DNA from: Takakia lepidozioides
Taxonomy: Eukaryota > Plantae > Bryophyta
Direction of reading: 5' to 3'
Length of the DNA: 64,000 bases
Assembly (NCBI GenBank): GCA_030704615.1
Contig: CM060732.1
Span: forward strand, 60,326,001 to 60,390,000
Part shown: positions 36,301-48,021 of the stretch, piece after piece
How the letters are laid out: each line of letters opens with the position of its first letter
How positions within the stretch are numbered: position 1 is the first letter of the stretch
The notes under the pieces: generated by a model
Seen by the model: the letters and a program-made list of their open reading frames with translations, nothing else
Told to the model about the DNA's origin: nothing
Database searches by the model: none
Program-made: the position numbers and the translations under genes

Positions 36301-39300
36301 CATCCTTCTTTCTCCATCCATCCCTTTTTTTGGTTATGTTTTGTAATACTCTTTGTTGAATTGGCCCTCTAGGTCCTCCACAGATGTAATAAAATTGTTC
36401 TTTTCTTTTCGTTCTCTCTGTGCTGTCCATAGGACTAACGCCAAGGCGTGCTTTTGAAGCAAAAACTGCTGAAAGACATTGCTGTGTAGGACTTACAAGC
36501 AGCAAGTCGCACCAAAAGTAACTTTGCTGGCAAGACCTAATTTCACACGTCTGGCACCTCCACCTTGTTGCACTCGACTTTGAAGGAATGCTTCAGAAAT
36601 TTCTCCAGAATGCTAAGAAGCAACAGTCCAGCAAAGGTAGCCTACACAAGCTTCCGAAGACAATTCACAGTTCCAATTGGTGCCTCATTTATGGTAGGAA
36701 CACAGAAGAGGTCAACCTTTGGACTTGGAGACACCCCAAGTAGCTCCTATGTGGGAAGAACAAAAGACACCTGACGGCAACTGAAATGGTCAACTGCCCA
36801 TAAGGTAGGGAGTGTTAATGTTTAAGCTTGGTGGCACACCTTAGCAATGTGGGGGAGTGTAGCAAGCTCCACTGCCGGGAGCTCAAGCACTTCAGGGCCT
36901 GCACCTTCATCTGTGAAAATGCGTAGACAGAATCATGATTGAGACGCCCAGCAGTTGACCCAGCATGAATGATGTACATTCCTCCAAGTCAAATCTCGTG
37001 GCTAACACCGCCTCTTAAGTCTCTCACTGGGTCTCATCAATGACAAATGTGAGTTCTGGGGTACGATATATTACATTGGCGAGTATAAGACGGTCTTCTT
37101 TGACTCGCCCCTGAGCAGGACTCTTGTAACTGGACTTATATTATAAACTCAGTGAGATGCCAGGTTTCACCATTGGAAAAGGAGGGAAAATAAACTGGCT
37201 ATGTTTGGGTTAAGTGTGTTCCAGGAAAAGTGGCTTCGGTTGGTTTAACCTGGGATCAGTGACTGTTTTGCTAATTTGCCTGCATCATTCAATGGGTTGA
37301 TAGGAGTGAACATCCATTTCCCCTTTGCAAGGTTTCTTTGTTATCAGGTTTTCAAGGCACGGTCCCAACCGGATCTTCTAGCAGAAGTAAAGAATAGCAT
37401 CAGTTGTTCTACATGCATTTCCAATTGTAACTCTGAGCAAAAAACACTTACTATCATCTTGAGATGTACCAGAATGCTCCAAATCGTCAGTTGCTGGACG
37501 AGCACTACTCTCAAGACCTGTGCACATTTGTTGACCGGAACATCAGTCTTTCCCTTACAAACTGCATCTCTAGAATTGAGATAAAACGCTACAGGCTCCT
37601 TCAATACACAACAGTACGTACACACTGACTGCTAACAGCTCTCTGTAAACACACAGAGGCAATGAATTTAAAGTACATACACCACCTCACTTACCCTAAC
37701 TTCCCCACTTTACTTTCATGTTTTATGTTCAGCATGAGACCCCTAACTCCAACAAAGCCTAAGGAGTTGCCTGGAGACAGGTAGCACCCTCCTTTCAGGC
37801 GCATCCCCACCAGCACATTTCCGGCACACGTTTGTCCTCAGCAGCACTTTGCTTGTAGGCATCATATCGTAGTAATTATCATCTATTTGAAACATATTTG
37901 AGCCCGTAACATCTGACATACCCCGATGTACACTGAACAGACAATGGAGCTAAAAGACAGCCACAGTCCCATGAGAGTCAGACTGACTAGATCCAAAGAA
38001 AACTGTTTGACAAATAAACTGACAAGATTGACAGTAAAGAGCAGAACAAATGAACTGGAAAATAGAGACAAACCAAACCACTACCCGCAAGGATCCAAAG
38101 ACACAAAAGCAACCGCTTCAAACACCTCCAAGAAAGAGAGGCTGCCTTGAACAGAAAGATCCAAGTAACAACAATTCAGGTTCTCACCACTCACAGGTGG
38201 GAAACAAATGGACCGTTGTACACTGTAAATCTGGTCCCTGCACAGGTCCAGCCGAGACGTGCTAAAGTTATCTCCTGAATACAAGACAGTTCCCTCGTTT
38301 GCCCTACATGGTATGCAACAGACTGACATGAGTAGCTATTGTTAAGAACAACAAGCATGTGAAAACATAAAAAGAGACCTTCTTGATACACCTCCTCCCA
38401 AGTGGTGAGCTAATGAGGGAAAGAACAATCTGCAAGTCTTGCAGAAAGAATGGTAAATCATAACCATTAGTTGAAATCACAATGACCCCCAATCAACTCC
38501 TTTTTGCCGACTCCAGAAGCTGCTACACAGAAAGAAACACAATCCAAAGTCGTCCACACAACAAGATCTCAGCTTAACAACCTCTCTATCTTTCTAGTTT
38601 TCTTGTGCTCTCCCTCTCTGCTTAGTATAGGCATGAGAATTTTGAGACGTCAGCACCAAACACTTCTATAAGGGCACTATTACTACTGGACTACAGCTTC
38701 CAGTGAAGGCACTTGACCCTCTGCTCATCTTCCTCCCCGGCAAATGTCACAAAAGTTTCCTTCTTTCCATCTCATTTTCTTCCGTTCTGTCTGCAAAGGA
38801 AGGGGAAAAATACTGGAGAAGAAACTTCATTATGGAGGTTCTGATCAAGGTTCTCGCCTCTCCTCTTGGAGTCAGAACAGTTGCTTTTCTCATGGTCTTA
38901 GACAATTAGGTGTCAGAGGGAGCTACTGCTGTCCTTGGTAGAGGCCTTCAACTCTGAGGACCCAGAGTCCTCACCAGCCTGCATGAGACGTATGTCTAGG
39001 AGCAACATTTTCCAACATTTCTCTAGTTCCACTGTGTTATATAGGCCCTCCGGGCCTTCTGTGGAAATAGTAGATATCCTGTTCTCTCTCTCAAAGAATT
39101 CTCCTCCTGCGGACGTCCCTCCTCAGTTTCTTCTCTCACACAAAAATAATAACAATTAGAGACCACATTAAGGATAGCTCAGAGTGATAAGAGCTCATAG
39201 TACTCTCCTATGTTGACTTTCCTCCACATACATACATACAATGAAAAACGACAAGGAAACAAAATACATACCATATAAAAGAACAGCCCATCGTCTCTTG

Positions 39301-42300
39301 GAAACTAAGGGCCAAGTCTGTTGCAACTTCAGGATCCGTCCACAAAATAATTGTATCTGAGGGTTGAGTGTCATGCATCCACAATGATCATCGACCTATT
39401 ATATATGGATCATCAATACACAATGTGCATAAAACATTATTAATGGTAGGCAAGCATTTGCAGGCTTCCGCAGCAAGAAGAGCTTAAAATGCACCACCAT
39501 CATCCTACTTTCCTGAGCAAGAAAGATGCGGATGTAGATCTACGGATCCAACACCTAACCATGATGATCAATGCCATTGAAGGAATGGATGGCACACTGT
39601 AAGTGAAATGTAATCATTGACTAAAACTTAGATGATATAAACCTTAAACTCACATGCAGTGAGAAGGATGTACTCACCCACTGTGAGTGTACGTACACGG
39701 GGCATGTGCTGTGTTATGGACATACACGAGCACTGCTGCATGCGAGTGGGCGACAGTGATAGAGAGAAGATCCACAGCGAGTGAAACCCCCCTATGGCCA
39801 CTCGCACAGGTTTTCTCATTATGTTTGACTCAAAATCAATCTAGACTACTGAGTTAAGCAATTAGATCTAAGAAAACTATCAAACAGCTCTGACTATGAA
39901 AAGCTCTTTGGGAAGTTGACTACCTTCTTGCCGGCGGTAGATATCATCCGCTGATATCCGGTGGACCAACAGGGTCTGACTGTCTTCCTCATCAATAACC
40001 ACCAAACCTACTGCCTCTGAGCGCTGCAGCAACCCAAACCACCAATGAGACCCTGACCCTCTCTCTCTCTCTCCTCTTCTTCAGATAAACAAGCACTTCC
40101 AGCTTTCCATACTCACAACATACCCCGCAGTTAAACCAGCTCCTCAGACCCAAGAATAAGCCATGTCACCTGAGCTCTTCTGAAAGCCAGGTAAAACGCC
40201 TGCACTACTTTTAAGTGCTTCTAACAGACAACATACCCCCTACTGGAGTTACAGTAAAGGTTATAGGTGGTTTGCAGATCAGACACAATGTCAAAAACTT
40301 TTGCCAAGAAATGTGACACTCCTGTAGCACCAGAATCGACTACCATCTGAACTTGATTAACACCTGGACAGTTTTTGGCTGCATAGACAGTTTTGTATCC
40401 CAAAAATTTGCCGTGTGCAGCCAAAGCAACCAAAGACCTGTTTGTAAACCCTCTTCAATGGGTGGGGCACTAAGTAGAGCTCTAGGGCAGGATGAACCCC
40501 ACCTTCCGCGAAATAATCAGCTGGAACAGCTGGTTGAGCCATTGCGAAGAGCGGCATCAGTTACTGACCACACAAGGAGTAGGAACTATGGCACTTGCTG
40601 GTCTAACATGGCATATGTTAGATTTAGGGTTGGCTCCTTGAAGTTCGAACTTCAAAGCAATCTTGTGCCGAGTCAAGCGTAGTGTGGTAATCCCCACGGT
40701 TATCCGTCAAGGTGAAGACACTTGCAAGTCAAGTGGCTACAAATGGCGTTAAAAAGGGTACATGACTCGTGACCTGAATGGGCTGCATGAGCACCAGAGG
40801 TCAGAGAGCGTGTCCTAACTTGGATACACTTTGTGTAAGGCTGTGCAAACCAGTACTGTTCTGGAAAGAAATGAGTACAGTTACTAGAAGACCTCTGGAG
40901 ATGTAGGCTGAAGATGGTCACTAAAGCCACCTGGTTTTCGCAATTTTGCCACCGTGCTAGAGAGTGACCATGGCCAATTGCACTTCCATAGCTTATTGGC
41001 TCACTTTCCTGCTCCCATATGTGAAATCCACCAGCATTTGCACACAGATTTCTGAGAAGGCTGAATCATGTAGCTAGCAGTATGGCCTACGGCCTAGATT
41101 CTGAAGTTCCTTAGCCAGAGCACATGCAATGTTCTCTAGTGCCCGAGAAGGAAGGTTGATAGCATGGGCGTCTGTCTCAAATTTGGTACAAGGTTAGTTT
41201 CAATTAGAAAACAAAATCGATGTTGACAAGAATGAAGTGAGGGGAAAGGGAACGTACCTCTAAATATTCAACAGAGACATGACCAGTGCCCTTGTCATCC
41301 CATTTACCTTCGTCATTTAACCGATAGACCTTCACACGCTGCAGAGACACAACAAAGCGGTGATGAGTAGAAGAGTGGGTGTTCCCAAAGGAGCAGACAA
41401 CAGGACAGGAAACAGTACGGCTCCCAGGATCAAGTTGTATACTTCACTGATTAAGTGGGGAGGTGAAAAGTTGTAGAGATTGGATGAAAACAGCAGTCAC
41501 CATGAAACATCAGATCCAGCATAGGTTCATTTTAGTACACCAGACTTTCATGCCAATTATATCTTACAGATCCAAGCTCTCTAACCCTAGAACTAGTTCA
41601 CCATCCTGCAACACTGCAAAGAGTAGAGTCCACAAGTAGATCCGAAGGAATAAGCAGGCAGACGTGGGCAGTCAAAACAAACACACCCTTCGCAGCAAAT
41701 GCTCGCCCAATTGACAACCTTACATACCTACCTGCTCTTTGAAATGTTTGCTTTTGGAGAGACGATACATAGAATCTCCCAAAATCTTTACTGTCAAATA
41801 TTCTCACTACTAATAGCCATGGGTGTAATAGACTGATGTCACTAGATTCTAATGTATAAAGTAACACATAATTTGGAAAAGGTATTTCCAATTACAGTTT
41901 GACAGCATTTTCTTGCAGATAATGCGACAGGTGAGAATTCAAGTACAGCTCAGGTGTGACGGACAATAGGCTGCGTATTTACAACAGTGAATTTTCAAAA
42001 TAAAGGTAATAGCCGGTCTGAACTCTTGAATAGACCTAACACAGCTCTCTATAGGACAATACAGTCCCTTCAAAACCTAACTGCTACAACCTGTTGTGAA
42101 ACCCTAGCTATGTACCTCTGCTAAACCTAACCTTGAGGGCTGAGGGAACATCACACTATCTTAGTAGGGCTAGCCATAAAAGAAAGAGTAGGTTTCCCGC
42201 ACAAGCTTTCTTGCACAAAACCATGCTCCAATCGTGGTCAACAGCCGTAAGAGATGGAAATCTGAGGGACTGCATTAGTAACAAGGGACTAGCTCCTTCC

Positions 42301-42896
42301 ATAGGAAGTATGATCCAACTTGAAGTACACCTCTCAAGCTGAAACGCTTCAGAGTAGAAACTTGAGGGTACCCCAAGTGACACAAAACCTTATTACTTCA
42401 GATAAAGACACTGGTCTCACTTAAATCACCACTGCTTGTCTATTAGTGACTAAGTAGTCAACCATCACTGGCAATCTTAAGCATAGCTTCTAACATATAG
42501 AGAGATTTGGGAAGCAATGCGCAGGAGAATTTCAAAAGGACACAACAAGAAACAGCATTTGGCATGCTCATGCTCTGACAGCAAGATGGTGCTTATTCAC
42601 TTAAACAAAGAATTTCATTCTTAACCCTTTTATCACCACAAAAATACACTGCAGGAAGAACATGACACCCCTGACAAGTTCAGTGCCAGAAAAATGAATG
42701 ATTGTGGAGACACAGAAGCAATGCATGCAAGCAATTGTAGAGGAGCCAACATAAAAAGCACTCTATGGCGAGAGAGAGAGAGAGAGAGAGAGAGGGGCAC
42801 ATGGAACAGAGTTAGACCAAAAACACAGGGACAACTGCAACAAACCTGAAGATTATTGAAATCCATGTGAATTGAGCGTCCAGGTACGGCGGTCAT
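24321..42896 (-). CDS. PP4R3: Serine/threonine protein phosphatase 4 regulatory subunit 3 (SMEK/PSY2-like), 24 coding exons, ~1057 aa
   Basis: EVH1-like start [66 protein letters not shown] and GLVDYDDED. Phase-consistent GT-AG exons: 42896-42846, 41338-41258, 40023-39924, 39356-39272, 38237-38188, 36910-36840, 34845-34786, 34345-34246, 33569-33492, 33094-33027, 32528-32460, 31919-31842, 31518-31423, 31237-31167, 30843-30766, 30069-29976, 29515-29426, 28933-28695, 28186-28072, 27798-27667, 27172-27065, 26287-26100, 25807-25700, 25284-24321. Confidence 0.95.
35930..36420 (+). mobile_element. Probable 3' fragment of a non-LTR retrotransposon in PP4R3 intron 6, antisense to the gene
   Basis: [40 protein letters not shown] resembles LINE ORF2 C-termini (recalled), followed by a T-rich 3' UTR with AATAAA. 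Confidence 0.45.
42770..42793. repeat. (GA)n microsatellite in PP4R3 intron 1
   Basis: About 12 GA units. Confidence 0.9.
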
Positions 42897-44488
42897 ATGC
42901 ACTGCCTCTCTCCTTCTCTGCTGTGAAGAAGTATACTGAATGGGCAGAGAGACACTTGGGGAATGACAATCGGGGTTGGAGTTTTGATAAAGGTAGGGAC
43001 ACCAAGGCTCCTGTAGAGAATCACGACGCACTTGCCAGTTCCAACTCCAGTGACGTCGTACGTCAGGGAGCCTTATCAAACAAATCGATCCAATCCCATC
43101 CAGGCCTCTTCCCTATCCACATACTTTCATCCATCTCTGAGGCTCCAGCTCAGAAGAATGCACTCGGCAGGGATCACGGACACAACCCTGTAACCATTCA
43201 CTGGGACGAATTTTATTACTTGCACACGCTCCGCTTACAGCAGACTCGTACAAAGAAAACTGTTACACCACATCTCCTCGCATTCACGTGCCCTAATATC
43301 TGTTATCCCTATCCTGGCTCCCCAGTCTCTCAGACAGACAATTCACCGATGCTCGGATGCATACACCTAACGATACACCTTATGGCCTGCTCGGAACACT
43401 ACAAACACCCTACTCACATCACCTATGCCACACAATTCACGTAAACATGTCCAAACTGTGCTGGAAGCCAGCAGCCCTATCATACAGCCACCCGCAGGGC
43501 CTGATGAACATATACGCCTCAAATCGATAAGCAAATCGATAAGCACTCACCACTGCAGTTGATGTGCTTCATACTCCCACACATCCCCTCAACCGTGGTT
43601 GCTCACCGCCTCACCGCCATCAATCTTGGGAAACACGTACACAATTAATCGGCTGTGGTGCGCTAGGTATTACGAGAAGCTCCAACTGCTCCCTCGCAAT
43701 GCAAGATAGTGCCCTGCATAGCGGGGAAGACGAGCCGGCCGCGACGACGATCGAGAGCTCTCTGGCTATGGCTCCCACGCCCGCCCGCCCCGCGCGGGAC
43801 CGCACCGCCTGCTGCCGGTCACCGCTAACAACCCGCAGTCCTCCAGGGATCGAATCCCCATACCCTGCCTTGTCTACTATGAGATACTAAGTTATTTTTC
43901 TAGTTACTCTCCCAGTGACAGATTTCTGTAATAGATGGTCCGAGCAGGGATTGTTCAAAAAGACTCCAGTGAAAGAACTGTGGAAGATGCAAGAGAGAGT
44001 TCCAGTGTCTGCAAAGGAGTCTGACAAGAGCCTCAGATTCCTCTTAGGGATGCATTGGGCTTGTATTTCTTCTTTCTTCTCGGCGGGCTTCTGGTGCTGC
44101 GTACAATCAGGATAGAAGTGCTCAGTCTCCAAAAGATTAGGGTGATCAAGGGAGGGTGGCTAAGGCCATGAGCAGCTAAACAAGCGGCTAGTCGCCACCC
44201 TAAGACTCCAAGTAGAAAATTTCCTTAAAACGTTATTGAGATAAGATCACTACTTGGTAAACAGGGGGCAGAAGCCCTGGATTGAACTTTATTACAGATT
44301 ATTTGAAGGGAAAAAAATTAAAACCCTTGATTGTAATTTATACTTTAAGCATGTTCTGCATAAGAGCATGTTTTGCATGTTCTATTTTCATATATATTTT
44401 AAACATGTTCTGCATAAGAGGAACATTTATTTATTTATTCATTTATAAAGCCGGGAACAGACTCAGGGCCTGGCAGAACTTTATTGTA

Positions 44489-44898
44489 CTAGAGAAGGGG
44501 CCGTGTTTGGCCGATTCTAGCGGCCTTTGGGCGAGCCCTATGGCCGCGCACAGGGCAGAGTCGGCCAAACACGGCCCGTTCACTCGCGTTACAAGCAGGT
44601 GTGGCGGATTCTCGCCGCTACGTGGCGCAATATGATTGCGGTTCAATTATCCCATAATGATTGCCCAGATTCAGAGCCCTGGAGAGGATATAATCGGGAC
44701 CAGCCTCAGGGAAGGCGGGAGGGTTGATGGCTGACGACATGGGGCTCGGTGGTTAGGTCTGCCGTCCTCTGTGCCTAATCGGCCATCCCTGCCGATTCTG
44801 CCCTGGGTGACCGATTCGGCCTGAGAATTAGGCCGAAAAAGTGGCAGAATTTGCCACACGTGCTTTTTAACGATGTATGAAGTAGTAATCATGTATGA
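44489..44898 (-). mobile_element. Small non-autonomous Helitron (~410 bp) upstream of PP4R3
   Basis: On the minus strand it begins A|TCATACAT..TAAAAAGCACG and ends CTAG|T. A GC-rich hairpin (GGGCCGTGTTTGGCCGA / TCGGCCAAACACGGCCC, 44498-44578) lies just before CTAG. No TSD. Confidence 0.72.
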
Positions 44899-45419
44899 TA
44901 ATGCAAAACTGATATTTAATTATTGAAATATTGAAATGCTTGTTGAACTATTAACTAAAATATTGAGAATAACTAGCTGAAATATTGAAATACTTGCTGA
45001 AAATCTGGCTGAAATACTAAGATACAGAAATACCAGGGTCTTCCCAATAATAATTCTGTCAATAGTCCAATGCTCTCTCTCCAATGGTGGCAACAAAACA
45101 GATAATGGTGATGGTTGGTCCAACCATAACAAACCACAAGCAATTCAGAGAGGGGGTGTCTATCCAGAATTTAGAGAGCCCAGACCTTCATCCCACTACA
45201 TGCAAGTCTTTTGGCAAGAACTATATACATTTTGGTGCCGTCGTGTTTCCCGGACTTTCCCCCTCCCCCCCCCTCTACCCTCTGTTGTTGGAAATGCGGT
45301 GCCGCATTTCCATCTACGGTGCCGTAATAGGATAAGTGTCCCCTTCCAGCCTGTATCTTTGAATTATGGTTTTGTCTGCTAATGGATCAGTGTAAAGCAT
45401 TCATTTTTTGGAGATGTAT

Positions 45420-45680
45420 TCTCTATACAATCATTCAACTTCTTATAGTTCACACAAACTCTCAGTTTGCCATTCTTCTTGGGAACTATCACAATGGGTG
45501 ATAGCCAAGTTGTATACTCTATCGGGTATATGAACTTAGCCTCAGCCAACTTCTTGATCTCCTCCCCAACTTTTTGTGCATAGTTGGGATTTATCCTGTA
45601 TCTTGCCTATTTAATTGGTACTGACCCTAGTTCCAATTCAATCTTATCTGGCAGATCTCAGGTGGTATCCCTTTCAAAGA
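45420..45680 (-). mobile_element. Fragment of a Ty3/gypsy RT N-terminus (non-chromoviral, Athila/Tat-like)
   Basis: LKGIPPEIC / KIELELGSVPIK*ARYRINPNYAQKVGEEIKKLAEAKFIYPIEYTTWLSPIVIVPKKNGKLRVCVNYKKLND, absent from the ORF track. Confidence 0.88.
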
Positions 45681-48021
45681 GCGCCCCACTGCTTTCCATT
45701 TGTGGAGGCTGCCCCTGTTCTGCCGATATTATCACCTCTTGCCGCAAGTTGGGTATAACATCTGCATGAATGACTTCCTTGGATAATTGATCTCTCAAAT
45801 TCAAGGCTTAGGGTTTATGGGATGTACACCTGAAATCTTGTATAATTAACTTTCTGCAAGCTCCATTGGACGTTTGGCTAGTTCCGAACATACCGATCAT
45901 CATTGGATATCAAGCAGTTCTGGCAAAATGAGGTACCCAAGACCTACCACCTCATGTTGACTCCCCATTTCCCACTGTTATGCAACTTTCCGATGTTGAA
46001 TGAATTATATACATTGATGTAGAATTAATCTCCAAGTGTTTTTACCAACAGTGCAGCAATACGCAAGGGATACTAACAAAGCACGAGAGAAAGGAGAGAG
46101 AAGAAAGAAAGAAATGGCAGAAAGTAGAGCAAGAAATGTCACTCCGAGAAGACGTGCCTTGTGCATATAGGCTGCCAGGCACTTCTAGTCCTAAAAGCTG
46201 AAGGCTTCTCCCATTCAAGAAATTTCTTACGCCCACGGAAGGCCCAGAGATCATTACACACATAACAAAGATGGAAAAGAAACAAAAAATAGGGTTGAGA
46301 CTTCAGACCTGATTTCTGAGTCCCTCCTCGAAAATGTGAAATAATTTGGTCTGTTGCAAGTGACCGGTTTCCATTTCAACCAGTAAGTGGTACTGAACAA
46401 CATACATATCCTCCGATACAGATACAAACATACAAACATATATACAGACACTGCTTGACACAATTGCTGGAGTTGATATTACACACCCTGCAATCCGCCA
46501 CAGTAGAAGATTTGCACGGACTCACCGAAAGGACAGTATAGATCAACACACACAATAATAACTTGGACAAAATAGAAACCTAGGTCTTGCGGGTCTTCAG
46601 CTTGTTGTGTAGCCCAGCAGTTGAAGCACTCCACACATAGAGGGATGCTTTGCAAATCCAAGCCATATCGTCTATATTCTTGAGTAGACCGCCCTGATTT
46701 GGAGGGTTTCAGATATAACTTGGAACGAAGGTCAAACTTCGCAGTGGCATTGGACCACTCCCAGCCCATTACAAGTGTAGAGAAGGTAAAAAGCAACACA
46801 AAGGCTGACCATATCAACAACCACAGGAGGATCAATAAGGAAGCTACTTACTATGATGGCCTCGCACCGTCGCTCAAGTCTTCCTGCCAAGCGTTCTTCC
46901 CTTTTCTCCTTTAAGAAGTCCAAAGGCCAGGCTTCCCACACAAACTGTACATATGACACTCCTCTCTGCTCCCAGGGGCAAGACGACGAAGGCCAAGGTT
47001 TTGCTAACATGAGAGTAGGGAAGAAAGGGAAGAAGCTTTCAGTGGTCTCCAACCATTTCGTTACTGGTTAAGAATATATTTCACAAAAACAAAAACAAAT
47101 ACAAATTAATATTTGATGCTCATTAATATCAAAAGCAATGTTAACTAGTGAAGGTATATATGTGAAGTTTGGGTGTTTTCCGGTGTAGGTATATCAGGAT
47201 CTTCCCCCATTTTGGCACTGATGTGTGGTCTCCTCTTGAGGGAGGAGCCAATAAACTGAGAAATCTACCAGTGACGACATTTTGATGACTTGAAGTGCAC
47301 AAGTTGAGGTAGTGCACATAGATTGCATGTACCTAGTCTCTTCGGCTTGTTGGGTGAAGTACACATATACAAATGTGAAAAGCGAGAAACTGTACACTCG
47401 ACATGGGGGATGATACTCTTTCACACACTTATCCCCGCAAACTTCTCTACAATGTACAAAGAGTAAGCCTCGAATAGATGCTCGTGGTAAAAAAAATGCT
47501 TAACAGCCGTGTTTTGAACTACCATTACATACATGTGGATGCCTCTCAGCACTCAGCCCTGCTGCAATGAGATGCCTGCAACCAACAATCATCATAATGT
47601 TTTTGGTAAGAAATAGGAGAGAGAAAATGTACTAGTAGACATTGTTTGTTGTAGTCTATTAGTAGAGAAAGAGAGACAGAATATACTCATAAGATGTTGT
47701 TTGCCGTGGCCTTGTGGTCATTGAGAAAGAGAGAGGGAGAGAGTCTTTATACCTGAGAGCATAGTCTCCGCAAGCCCACTCTAAGGTTTGTAGTTTGTAC
47801 CAGTGTGGAAACTAACCCCAAAATTGCCACTGCCAACATACAGGTACTTGAGTGTTGATGTCCATATTCAGTGACTTTGTGTTTATGTGTGAGAGAGAAG
47901 AGAGATGCAAGACACTGATTATTTCCATTGGATTTTACATACCTATGGGACACAGTGGGACTACAAGATACTACCAAAGGGCAAAATGGAGACCCCAAAT
48001 GCTGCCCAACGATGTAGAGCC

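Noticed and set aside
37695-37770. Possible extra PP4R3 exon with AG/GTAAG borders
   Set aside because: It would shift the frame, and exons 5 and 6 already join in phase; cannot be supported without transcripts.
41940-42420. Possible LINE/SINE tail in PP4R3 intron 1
   Set aside because: No convincing motif or TSD seen.
42872-43444. 190-aa + strand ORF
   Set aside because: Antisense to the PP4R3 first exon and UTR, TTG start, no motif.
46479-46835. ORF with a signal-peptide-like N-terminus
   Set aside because: TTG start, no family recognised, adjacent to a gypsy fragment; probably TE non-coding DNA.
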